Position numbers and translations under genes: made by a program. Of a stretch of DNA of 56,663 nt, positions 25,072 through 36,555 are shown piece by piece; the first letter of the stretch is position 1, and the number at the start of each line of letters is the position of its first letter. Below the pieces are notes generated by a model, which was not told where the DNA came from, made no database searches, and was given only the letters and a program-made list of their open reading frames with translations. This stretch comes from Chiloscyllium plagiosum (taxonomy: Eukaryota). The stretch is from positions 18,882,929 through 18,939,591 of the forward strand of contig NC_057749.1 in the NCBI RefSeq assembly GCF_004010195.1, given 5' to 3'.

Positions 25072-25356
25072 GATGTAAGTTTGCTTGCTGAGCTGGAAGG
25101 TTCATTTTCAGACGTTTCGTCACCATACTAGGTAACATCATCAGTGAGCCTCCGGTGAAGCACTGGTGGTATGGCCCGCTTTTATACCTAAACACATAAA
25201 TAAAAAGTAGGCCTTACTATCAGTGCTTCACTGGAGGCTCACTGATGATGTTACCTTGTGTGATGATGAAACATCTGAAAATGAACCTTCAAGTTCAGTG
25301 AGCAAACGGACATCCAGAACCTCAACCTGAGCTGCGAATCTTCTCAAAACTTGCTA
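25072..25356 (+). mobile_element. Palindromic PLE derivative (family B)
   Basis: About 110-bp inverted arms, a ~40-nt unpaired 3' tail, and a 13-bp TSD actttgtttta(t/c)a (25059-71 / 25357-69). Confidence 0.8.
25108..25147 (-). ncRNA. Minimal type I hammerhead ribozyme motif (PLE family B), core intact
   Basis: Minus strand: tca-CTGATGA-T-GTTACC tagtat GGTGAC-GAAA-CG-TC-tga. Helices I and II are fully paired. Confidence 0.7.
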
Positions 25357-25384
25357 ACTTTGTTTTACAATTAACTCTTCCTAA

Positions 25385-26312
25385 TTTGGTCAGTGCATTG
25401 AGTACAGGAGTTGGGAGGTTGTATTGCAGCTGTACAGGACGTTGATTAGGCTGCTGTTGGAATACTATGTGCAATTCTGGTCTCTCTGCAATAGGAAGGA
25501 TGTTGTTAAACCTGCATCTAACCATGTTTTAAAGGGCGGCACAGTAGTTAGCACTGCTGCCTCACAGCGCCAGAGACCCGTGCTCAATTCCCGCCTCAGG
25601 CACCTGTCTGTGTGGAGTTTGCACATTCTTCCCGTGTCTGCGTGGGTTTCCTCCGGGTGCTCCGGTTTCCTCCCACAGTCCAAAAATGTGCAGGTTAGGT
25701 GAATTGGCCATGCTAAATTGCCCATAGTGTTAGGTGAAGGGGTCTGGGTGGGTTGCTCTTCGGAGGGTTAGTATGGACTTGTTGGGCCGAAGGGTCTGTT
25801 TCCACACTGTAAGTAACCTAATCTAAAGTTCAGAAAAGATTTACAAAGCTGTTGCCAGGTTTGGAGAATTTGAGCTATAGGGAGAGGTTGAATAGATTGG
25901 GGCTGTTTTCCCTGGAGCATCGGAGGTTGAGGGGTGACCTTATAGAGATTTATAATATCATGACAGACGTGGAGAGGGTAAATAAACAAAGTATTTTACC
26001 CGGCGTTGAGTCTAAAACTAGAGAGCATAGGTTTAAAGTGAGAGGGGAAAGATTTAAAAAGGACCTAAGGGGCAACTTTTTCACGCAGAGGCTGATGCGT
26101 TGTATGGAATGAGCAGCCAGAGGAAGTGGTGGAGGCTGATACAATTACAACATTTAAAAGGCATCTGGGTGAGTATACGAATTGGAAGAGTTTAGAGGAA
26201 TATGAGCCAAATGCTGGCAAATGTGACTAGATTAATTTAGGATATCTGATTGATATGGACGAGTAGGACCAAAGGGTCATCTGTTTCCATGCTGTACATC
26301 TGTATGACTCTG
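25385..26312 (+). mobile_element. CR1/HER1 LINE 3' fragment
   Basis: QLYRTLIRLLLEYYVQFWS and [30 protein letters not shown]; typical tail. Confidence 0.92.
25534..25826 (+). mobile_element. HE1-type SINE (well-preserved copy) inserted in CR1
   Basis: gggcggcac...gttagcactgctgcctcacagcgccagagaccc head, core, and aatcta-like tail. Confidence 0.92.
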
Positions 26313-29307
26313 AGTAAGTTCCTTATAAAAATATCAAACGCTGTAAACTAAATTTGCTTGTTTTCAAATAATTTAAGTATCATTCTGAGTATTGTTGTGG
26401 TACCTATGTTTTTTTTTCTATTAGTCTAATTTGCAGATTTAGCCAAAGCTCTGTCATTTGGCAGCATGGCAGGGCTTGTTCTTGAAGTAATTGCAATTGA
26501 AGTTATTAAGAGTGCCTTTTGGGCATTTGGTGGATTTTGGTGCATGAGTGAGGATATATTGATGAGCAAGTCATGTTACCTGCTTATAGTTGCTTTTAAA
26601 TGGTAACTATTCATGAGGAAATGAATACACAGGCGTAGATACTAATTGAATGGATTTTGGAAGAGAACCAAATTATAGAAAACAAAAAAAACCCGCTTAT
26701 TACTGTAAAGTGCTTTGAGTATTTTTGCTTCAAGATGTTCATCCCTGCTCATTTTCAGATACATTTATTTATCTTAAATGTTATTTGTGTTCATTGATTG
26801 ATTTGGTTTTTAAACTATTATGTTCATTCTCTTTAGAATGAATTTTGAGTAGTGCAAGATGTAGAACAGTGCAGTACAGTTCAGTTCCTTCGGCCCTCGA
26901 CGTTGTGATCTTTTATCCTACTCTAAGATCAAACTAACTGACATACCCTTTGTTTTACTGTCATCTATGTGCCTATCCAAAAGATTAAATGTGCCTGAGA
27001 CTCTGCTCCACTGCAAAAACACTCAGATGACACAGAGGATGCTTTTTTTTGCGAAGTCAACCATTTTTAAAATTTCATCTTGGAATTTTCCTTGTGTATT
27101 TAGACGTTGAAATATCTAACCTGTGAGCAATAAGTTTCTAATTATTCTTTTTCCTGAAACCTAGCAAAAGTTACTCTTTAAATAGGCCATATTTTCCCAG
27201 GTATAAAGCTAAAGTAGTCTGCCTTATTGGTAACAGATTGCTGTGACATTGAGTGAATCGGTAATTGGTTATGTTGGGGAAAAAAAGTTGGAAGAATTAT
27301 TTTTGGAAGCCGGATTGGCTATATACTTTTTCATTTCCTCAATGCTTTGCCCACTGTGAGATCTGATGATCGGTAGCAGCAGCATGAAGAGCTGCTGAGA
27401 GGAAGTAACACAAAATACAGAGTAATAAGAGTCTGCCATTCAATCAGATAATATGTAACTATATTCGATCAGACCGCTGTAACTATGTGGGCTATCTACT
27501 AGATATGCAGCTAAGGTAATTGATTGTATTTGTCTCCAGTTGCATGGTTGAGGTAGATGATCTGGTATTCTCCTAAGTGTCATAATTCCTATGGGACAGT
27601 TGATGGTTACAGGGTCTGGCCATATTCTGAGGTGACAAATAAGAGTTCAGTTTTCATTGTTTACAGGAGCGGCTGATGAGTGAAATTACCTGGCTGTGGT
27701 CAATGTGTTTTTGATTGATGGACTACAAGTACAAAGCTTTATTTGCCTGCTAGTTCCATAACTAACAAGATTTTAGCAGCTATGCGTGGTTTTCTTTATT
27801 GTGCGCAGACTGTCTGCGTGGAGCTGTATAGCTGAATGAATGGATAGGTGATTAATGGCAGTTCAGTGGACTCTATTCTTCATCTTTTCCTCATGTCTGC
27901 AGGCTTTAGCAAAGAGCCTTTTGTTTATGCTGTCCAGGGCCTTATTGTTAATAGGGGACTGTGGAGGATGTGGTTTGATGCAGCTTTGCAAGTATTGCAG
28001 ATAAAAGACTGAGTGCATTCTACGGGCTTGGAGTTTGAGAGTTCAAGTTTCCTTGTTATGATGTAACTATTTCATGATAATTGTTATGCACCCATATTAT
28101 TATCCTGAAAGAACAGTAACCTTTTTGCTCTCTCTCCGTGATTTCTTGTTTTGTTTTCTGATTTTTTGTTTCCCTCCTGTGTGTTTTACTGGGAATAGTT
28201 AACACTAGTTTATGTGTGAGGTTTTTTATATGTAGTAGCATTCTTTCCTCTTCAACACCAAGCACCGTCTTTCAATCCCATAGAACAATATCAGATATTA
28301 AGTGCTACTTTGTAAGTTTAGCCGAAGTATCGAATCCATGAAGAGGGGAATCCATTTGCGTATATTTTTTACAACAAGTTACCAGCGGAATCACAATAAC
28401 TCAGTTAGTACTTAACTTTCACAGTTTCCAGAAAATATTACCCCCACATATATTTCCCAAGTGTGAGTGCCTGCTCGCTGGTGTCTTTTTAACACTGCAT
28501 ACTAAAAGGAAAGCGTGATGTGCTCTATAATTCTGAATGTATTCAAGGGGAGAGGAGCTTTATGGCTTATTGGTAGTGTCCCTATCTTTGAGTCAGACGC
28601 TTTTGATAATTTATCTGATGATTAAAAGTATCTACCAAGGGAAGGTGTTGTCTCTCAAACCTCCATAAAACAGTTAGAGCTACATTTTATTGAATAGTGC
28701 CTCTACAATGCTTAAGCTGTTCTTGTTAATCAAAGCTTTTAGTTAAAACGTTAGGCCAAAGGGAATTCAAGTGTTTCTCACAGGCTGCTTCTAGAACGAG
28801 AGATGCCAATAGATATGTAGATATTGGGAAGATACAAGATGCGAATATGGACCGGTAGGCGATGTTGCAATTTCTGTATAATATTTTCCTTTATAATATT
28901 TAGGATTACGAGCTATTGCTTATCATTAAGCACGATAGGTGGAACGTGTGAATTTTACGGCATTATCTAAATGACATACTGTTAATATTTTTAATAAAAG
29001 GAGTAATGCTTCTTGTCTTGAATGGTTAAGTCTATAGCTGTAGTTGGTGTACGCTGTTCATATTTGAGGTGTTTTTTTGCTTGTGGACAAATGGTATTTT
29101 GCATACTAATGCTTGGATGTGTATTACAGCATTAACAAGATAGAGTCAGAGTTTTTATAATATGGAAAAGGTCCTTCAGCTCATTGGATCTACACTAGTC
29201 ATCAAGCAACTCTTGGGGGTTCCCATTTTTGCAAACCTTTTAGGTAGTAAGTCTCAGATTGAGCAAAGTTTTTTTTCCTCAAAAGAAAGGTTTCTCTCTA
29301 TCCAAAT

Positions 29308-30488
29308 TAGAGTGGTGCTGGAAAAGCACAGCAGGTCAGGAAGCATTCGAGGAGCAGGAAAATCAACATTTTGGGCAAAAGCCCTTTATCAGGAATGAAG
29401 GCAGGAAGCCTCCCGTTGGAGAGATAAATGGGAGGGAGGTGGGGCTGCGGAGAAGGTAGCCAAGAGTACAATAGGTGGATTGAGGTGGGATGAAGGTGAT
29501 AGGTCAGTGAGGAGGGTGGAGAGGATAGGTGGGAAGGAAGATTGGCAGGTAAGTCAAGTCATGGGGATGGTGCTGAGCTGGAAGGTTGGAACTGGGGTAA
29601 GGTGGGGGAAGGGGAAATGAGGAAACTGGTGAAGTCCACATTGATAGAAAGTGAGGGGTGCAGATGCTGGAGATCAGAGCTGAAAATGTGTTGCTGGAAA
29701 AGCGCAGCAGGTCAGGCAGCATCCAAGGAACAGGAGAATCGACGTTTCGAGCATAAGCCCTTCTTCAGGAAGTCCACATTGATGCCATGGGGTTGAAGTG
29801 TTCCGAGGTGGAAGGTGAGGTGTTCTTCCTTCAGGCTTCGGGTGGTGAGGAAGTGGCGGTGGAGGAGCCCAGGAACTGCATGTCCTCGGCAGAGTGGGAG
29901 AGGGAGTTGAAATGTTGGGCCATGGGGCGGTGGGGTTGATTGTTGCAGGTATCCCGAAGATGTTCCCTAAAGCGCTCTACGAGAAGGCGTCCAGTCTCCC
30001 CAGAGTAGAGGAGACTGCATCGGAAGCAACGGATACAATAAATGACGTTTGGTGGATGTGCAGGTGAAACGTTAATGGATGTGGAAGGCTCCTTTGGGGC
30101 TTTGGATGGAGGTGAGGGGGGAGGTGTGGGCGCAGGTTTTGCAATTCTTGCGGTGGCAGGGGAAGGTGCTAGGAGGGGAGGGTGGGTTGTTGGGGAGTGT
30201 GGGCCTGACCAGGTAGTCACGGTGGAACGGTCTTTGCGGAAAGGGGTGGGGAGAGAAATATATCCCTGCTGGTGGGGTCTGTTTAGAGGTGGCGGAAATG
30301 TCGGCGGATGATGTGGTTTATGCAAAGGTTGGTAGGGTGGAAGGTGAGCGCCGGGGGGTTCTGTCCTTGTTACAGTTGGAGCGGTGGGGTTTGAGGGTGG
30401 AGGTGCAGGATGTGGATGAGATGGGTTGGAGGGCTTTACCAACCACGTGGGAAGGGAAATTGTGGTCTTTAAAGAAGGAGGCCATTGG
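29308..30488 (-). mobile_element. 5'-truncated Penelope-like element
   Basis: GIY-YIG segment NVIYCIRCFRCSLLYSGETGRLLVERFREH; the 3' UTR/pLTR matches 53634-53928. Confidence 0.92.
29646..29768 (-). mobile_element. 123-bp solo PLE pLTR unit nested in a PLE
   Basis: Perfect 15-bp TSD gaagtccacattgat (29631-45 / 29769-83). Begins at an intact hammerhead core CTGAAGA-A-GGGC ttat GCTC-GAAA-CG-TC. Confidence 0.88.
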
Positions 30489-30777
30489 TGGTCCATTTAG
30501 ACCACATTAACTGCGTTATCCTCATCAACACACCTAAGTCACCTCATTGAAAAAGTCCATCAAATTTGTTCGACATGATCTCCCCCTGACAAAGCTGTGA
30601 TAACTATCATTGATTAATCCTTGCTCCTCCAAGTAGAGATGAATCTGCTCCTCAGAATTTTTTCTAATATTTTCCCTATGACTGATTGGCCTGTAGTTTC
30701 ATGGTTTATCCCTACCAGCCTTCTTGAATAATGGTACCAACATTAGCTTTCCTCCATGTTCTCTCGCACCCCCCCAT

Positions 30778-30985
30778 GTGGTTAGCTCATTTAGCTGGAT
30801 GGCTGGTTTGTGATTCAAAGTGATGTTAATGGTGTGAGTTCAATTGTCAAGCCAGCTGAGGTTATCAACCTGTCCCTGTGCCTGAGGCATGGTGGCCCTC
30901 AGGTTAATCCACCACCAGTCTTCTCTCTCTAATGAGAGAGCAGTCCCTGATGGTCCAGTAGGACGATGGCAATTTTATCTTTATA
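30778..30985 (+). mobile_element. tRNA-derived SINE (third family)
   Basis: gtggttagctcatttagctgg A box and gagttcaattg B box; about 200 bp; ends in a tttatcttta tail. Confidence 0.55.
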
Positions 30986-31351
30986 TTTTAAATGCTTACC
31001 TTTGTTATGAGTTATTTATAGCACAGAAACAGGCCATTCAGCACAACTGGTCCAGGCCAGTATTGATGCTGTCCTCTTTCCATGTCTTTACCCAACTACA
31101 TTTATGTAGTTTCCTATTCCAGTCTTCCTCTGTGCTTAACTAACTTCTCCTTAAATGTATCTATGCTGCTCACCTCAAACACATTCTCTTCATTGAGTAA
31201 ATAAGCTTCTTTGGAATTTCCTATTTGATTTATTGTCAGCAGTTTTACATTTGTGATCTCTAATTCTTGATCACAAGTGGAAACATCCTTTCCATATCTA
31301 CCCTTCATCTCTCTCGTCTGCTCTTTTCTCAATAGACAAGCCCCAGCCGTA

Positions 31352-31622
31352 CAGTCCATGGAATCCCGACAGTGTGGCAACAGGCCATTTGGCCCAACAA
31401 GACCACAGTGAACCTTCAAAGAGCATCCCACCCAGACCTATTCCGCTACCCTAACCATGTTATCTTTCATTTCTCATGCCCAACTCACCTAACCTACTCA
31501 TCCCTGTAAACACTCTGGGTAATTTAGCATGGCCAATTCACCTAACCTGCACATCTTTGGACTGTGGAAGGAAACCAGAGCACCTGGCGGAAACCCACAC
31601 AGACACTGGGAGAATGTGCGAA
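31352..31622 (-). mobile_element. HE1-type SINE lacking its own tRNA head
   Basis: Core and tail match HE1; homology stops at the gtttgcacattc position. Confidence 0.85.
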
Positions 31623-31627
31623 CAAAA

Positions 31628-31692
31628 TAGGAGAAGATGGTTTTGATCCATTGATCTCTGGGTTATGGGGCCAGCATGCTCCCACTGTGCGG
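31628..31692 (-). pseudogene. Initiator tRNA-Met(CAT) pseudogene/retrocopy
   Basis: Minus strand gcacagtgggagcatgctggccccataacccagagatcaatggatcaaaaccatcttctccta aligns to vertebrate tRNAi-Met (GCGCAGCGGAAGCGTGCTGGGCCCATAACCCAGAGGTCGATGGATCGAAACCATCCTCTGCTA), mostly with CpG-type changes. The 5' acceptor strand is missing. Confidence 0.85.
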
Positions 31693-31829
31693 CGGGTTCA
31701 ATGATTATCAATAATCATCGCCATTGGAAACCAAAGGGTGACAGATTCTGCCTTGCCTGGCACACGTGTGGCGCGAATGAGGGCTTGTCACTTGTCAGCC
31801 CAGGCCTGGGGATATCGTCCATTGCTGCC

Positions 31830-32790
31830 TCGTAGAGATCTACAACACAGAAGTTAAAAATCACACAACACCAGGTTATAGTCCAACGGGTTTAATTGGA
31901 AACACTAGCTTTTGGAGCGCCGCTCCTTCATCGGGTGATCATCAACCACCTGATGAAGGAGCAGCGCTCCAAAAGCTAGTGCTTCCAATTAAACCTGCTG
32001 GACTATAACCTGGTGTTGTGATTGTTAACTTTGTACACCCCAGTCCAACACTGGCATCTTCAAATTACAACACAGAAAAAGACCCTTCAGCCTATCCAGT
32101 CTACAGTGTTGAAAAACAAATACCTAACTATTCTAATCCACTTCCCAGCCTTTGACCAAGTGCACTTTTAAGTACTCAAGTATTTAGATATTATGAAGGT
32201 TTCTGCCTCCACACCTTTCCAGGCAATGGATTCCTGATTCCCACCATCAGCTGAGTGAAATTACTTTTCCTCACATCACCTTGAAACCTCCTGTCCTTTA
32301 CCTTCAGTTATGCCCACATTGATCACTCTACCAAGGGAAAAGAGTTCCTTCCTGTCTTCCTTGAATATGCCCTCATAATCTTATGCAAATCCATCTCCTC
32401 TGTTCTAAGGAAAATAACCCCACTTATCCAATCTGTTTTCGTAACTAAAATTCTCCAATCCAGGTAATATTTCTCACCTCTGCCGAAGTGTCACTTGAAT
32501 TGTTAATTCTGATTTCTCTCCACAGAAGCTGCCAGACTTGCTGAACTTTTCAAGCAATTTCTGTTTCTGTTGTCTTCTTCACCACTTTATCTCCCTGCCA
32601 CCTTAAGGGGCCAGTGTACCTGCACACCCTGTTCCCTTTGATCCTCAGGTTACTGCCATTCATCATGGATTCCTCGCCTTGTTTGTCCTGCCCAAGAGCA
32701 TCACCTCACTCTTATCCAGATTGAATTCAATTTGCCGTTGATCAGCCCATCTATATTCTCTTCCTCACTGTTTACCACCTCAGCAAGTTT
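31830..32790 (-). mobile_element. Old CR1 LINE 3' fragment (tail interrupted by PLE)
   Basis: Reverse-complement CR1 tail and ORF2 remnants. Confidence 0.7.
31853..32065 (+). mobile_element. Palindromic PLE derivative (family C) with two opposed hammerhead motifs
   Basis: 12-bp TSD tacaacacagaa (31841-52 / 32066-77). cac-CTGATGA-A-GGAGC agc GCTCC-aAAA-GC-TA-gtg at 31947-31981, with a mirror copy on the minus strand. Confidence 0.85.
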
Positions 32791-33638
32791 CGTATCACCT
32801 TTTCAGATAAGTGTATCCTCTGCATTCTTATGTCATTGTCATGAATCTTTTCTGCACTTCCTTTGATGCTTATTGCCTTTTTGTATGATGGAGATCAGAG
32901 CTATTCACAGTACTCCAAGTGTGGTGTACCAAGGTTCTCTACATATTTCACATCACTTTCTGCTTTTCAGTTTTATTTTTGTAGTGCTTTGTTTGCTGTT
33001 TTTTAAATGGTCTTCTAATTTTGTGTCTCTCCAGTGATCTGATGTGGTAGATCTCTATTGAGAATTTACAAGTGAATATTCTCTCTCCTTCCCTAGATCT
33101 GGGCCACTGAGATTAATTAAATGTGGTACTCCTAGCCTTGCAAGAGACCACAGATTCAGCCAGGCTCCTGTTTCAACTTTGAGGTATCTCTAATGCTTGC
33201 TAATTTGTAGCTCGAGATAACACCAACTCACCAATTTGTTTGTGTGATCCTGTTAAATTTATTTGTTTCTGCTTGAGGTCTATATTGGTGGGGTTGGCCA
33301 CACAAACGCAAATGAACTCCATACTCTTAGGGCATCATAAACAAAGGAATGTTTTGCATTTATTTTGCACATACCCTCATGATGATTCTAAATTCTTCAT
33401 CGCCAATTAATTGTTTTCAAGGCACAGTCTTTGTTTTAAAACACCAGTGATTACACTGCAATGTGTGATGATTGTGAAAAGCTTCGTTACTGCATGTCAT
33501 TCTTTCTTTAAATAAACATGGGAATCATATTGCACACAGTGATGAGGTAAATGATGACAGCATCTGTATATTTGGTAAGCTTAGCTCATTGATGAATATT
33601 GACCAGGGAAATTAATACTTAACCGCTCATCTTCAAGT

Positions 33639-33890
33639 CAAGAGGGTGGTGCTGGAAAAGCGCAGCAGGTCAGGCAGCATCCGAGGAGCAGGAAAATCGA
33701 CGTTTCAGGCAAAAGCCCTTCATCACAAATTCCTGAGGAAGGGCTTTTGCCCGGAATGTCGATTCCTCTGTTCCTTGGTTGCTGCCTGACTGGCTGTGCT
33801 TTTCCAGCACCACCCTCTTGACTTGAAGATGAGTGGTTAGTACTAATTTCCCTGGTCAATAATCTCCAGCATCTGCAGTCCTCACTTTCG
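33639..33890 (+). mobile_element. Palindromic PLE derivative (family A) containing an inverted copy of its flank
   Basis: 16-bp TSD cc(g/a)ctcatcttcaagt (33623-38 / 33891-906). 33821-33861 is the reverse complement of 33597-33638. Confidence 0.85.
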
Positions 33891-34489
33891 CCACTCATCT
33901 TCAAGTTCCATTGAGAATTCTGATGCTCAGCAGAGCAGGCGGTCAAAGCATTAATTTCTATCTTGTGAAAAATAGGGCTTTGGCAGTGCCATGTTCTCTT
34001 TGAGCTACATTGGAATGCCAGCCTGGGTTAAGATACTCAGGTCCTGAGTGAAGATTTGAATCTGAGACTAATGACTCATTGTAGGTACTTTAATGTTCTG
34101 TGATTTTGTGGCTCTAACTTGGGAGTATTGCTGTTGAGTCAAGTTGATGTAACCACATGATCATCCCACTCCAAGTGAACAAGTATCATAGCCATTGATA
34201 GAAAAGACCAATAATGAAACTGAAATAGATATTCCTGAACTTGAATTAGTACGAGGTTCCTATTGAAGTGACTGGTCATCCTACGCAAAAAGCAGAAGTG
34301 AAGTATATTTATGCTGAAGAATTGAAATCCATTTGTCTTCAGGCAACTTTCTGACCAGAACACACGTCTATATGATTCATTTAGTATTCAGTTACCTGTA
34401 ATACTTGAAACTTTCTTTCATTGTTTAACATCTATTTGAACTTCAGTGACATTGGCAATGGAAAGAAAAATTTGCAATTCCATGGTACT

Positions 34490-36555
34490 TTTCATTACTT
34501 CAATTCCTGTTCAGGTGAAAGGCAAGGCTGGTAGATGTACAGAATGCTGGATGATGAGAGAAATTGAAGTTTTGGTTAAGAAAAAGAAGGAACCATATGT
34601 CACGTATACGCACAGAGATCGACGAATCCTGGGAAGAATATAAAGGAAGTAGGAATATGCTTAAGAGGGAAATCAGAAGGGCAAAGAGGGGACATGAGAT
34701 AGCTTTGGAAAATAGAGCTAAGGAAAATCCAAAGGGATTTTATAAACACATTAAGGACAAAAGGGTAACTAGGGAGAGAGTAGAGGCCCCTGAAAGATCA
34801 ACAAGGCAGCCTATGTGGAGCCGCAGGAGATGGGGGAGATACTAAATGAGTATTTTTGTATCAGTATTTACTGTGGAGAAGGGCATGGAAGATATAGAAT
34901 GTGGGGAAATAGTTAGTGACATCTCGAAGAATGTCTATGTTACAGAGGAGAAGGTGCTGGATGTCTTAAAACGCATAAAAGTGGATAAATCCCCTTTACC
35001 TGATCAGGTGTATCTTAGAACTCTGTGGGAAGTTAGGGAAGTGATTGCTGGGCCTCTTGCTGAGATATTTGTATCAAAGATAGTCACAGGTGAGGTGCCA
35101 GAAGACTGGAGGTTGGCTAACGTGGTGCCACTGTTTAAGAAAAGTGGTAAGGATACGCCAGAGAATTATAGACCGGTGAGCTTGACATTCGTGGTCGACA
35201 AGTTGTTGGAGGGAATCCTGAGGGATGGGATTAACATGTATTTGGAAAGGCAAGGACTGATTAGGGATAGTCAACATGGCTTTGTGCATGGGAAATCATG
35301 TCTCAAACTTGATTTGAGTTTTTTTTTTGAAGACGTAACAAAGAGGATTGATGAAGGTAGAGCAGCAGATGTAATACTTATGGACTTCAGTAAAGTGTTC
35401 AACAAGGTTCCCCATGGGAGACTGATTAGCAAGGTTAGATCTAATGGAATACAGGGAGAACTAGCCATTTGGATACAGAACTGGCTCAAAGGTAGAAGAC
35501 AGAGGGTGGTGGTGGAGGGTTGTTTTTCAGACTGGAGGCCTGTAACCAGTGGAGTGCCACAAGGATTGGTGCTGGGTCCAGTGCTTTTTGTCATGTATAT
35601 AAATGATTTTGAATGTTAACATGGGAGGCATAGTTAGTAAGTTTGCAGATGACACCAAGATTGGAGGTGTAGTGGCCAGCGAAGAAGGTTACCTCAGATT
35701 ACAATTGGATCTTGATTAGATGGGCCAATGGGCTGAAGAGTGGCTGATGGAATTTAATTTAGATAAATGTCAGGTGCTGTGTTTTGGCAAGACAAATCTT
35801 AGCAGGACTTATACACTTAATGGTAAGGTCCTAGGGAGTGTTGCTAAACAAAGAGACCTTGGAGTGCAGGTTCATAATTGCTTGAAAGTGAGGTCTCAGG
35901 TGGATAGGATAGTGAAGAAGGTGTTTGGCATGCTTTCCTTTATTGGGCAGTACATTGAGTACAGGAGTTGGGAGGTCATGTTGCAACTGTACAGGACATT
36001 GATCAGGCCACTTTTGGAATATTGTGTGCAATTTTGGTCTCCCTTTTATTGGAACGATGTTGTGAAACTTGTAAATCTTTTCTAAACCCTTTCAAGGATG
36101 TTGCCAGGTTTGGAGGATTTGAGCTACAGGGAGAGGCTGAATAGGCTCACGCGTTTTTCCTGGATCATCGGAGGCTGAGGGGTGATGTTATAGAAGTTTA
36201 TAAAATCATGAGGGGCACGGATAGGACAAATAGACAAAGTCTTTTCCCTGGGGTGGGGAAGTCCAAAACCAGAGGGCATAGGTTTAGGGTGAGAGGGGAA
36301 AGACTTAAAAGGGACCTAAGGGGCAACTTTTTCACGCAGAGTGTGGCACGTGTATGGAATGAGCTGCCAGAGGAAGTGGTGGCGGCTGGTACAGTTGCAA
36401 AATTTAAAAGGTATCTGGATGAGGACATGAATGGGAAGGGTTTAGAGCGATACAGGCTAAGTGCTGGCGAATGGAATAGATTAGGTTAGGATATCTGTTG
36501 GCATGGATGAGTTCGATCGAAGGGTCTGTTTCCGTGCTGTATATCTCTCTGACTC
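34490..36555 (+). mobile_element. CR1/HER1 LINE, about 2-kb 5'-truncated ORF2 (RT) copy, frameshifted
   Basis: [46 protein letters not shown], then KFADDTK after a frameshift; complete 3' tail. Confidence 0.97.

Noticed and set aside
31628..31692. Functional tRNA-Met gene
   Set aside because: The 5' acceptor strand is missing and the stems and B box carry substitutions.
34846..36085. 257-aa and 121-aa RT ORFs as an active retroelement or novel RT gene
   Set aside because: 5'-truncated CR1 ORF2 with frameshifts before FADD and no endonuclease domain.
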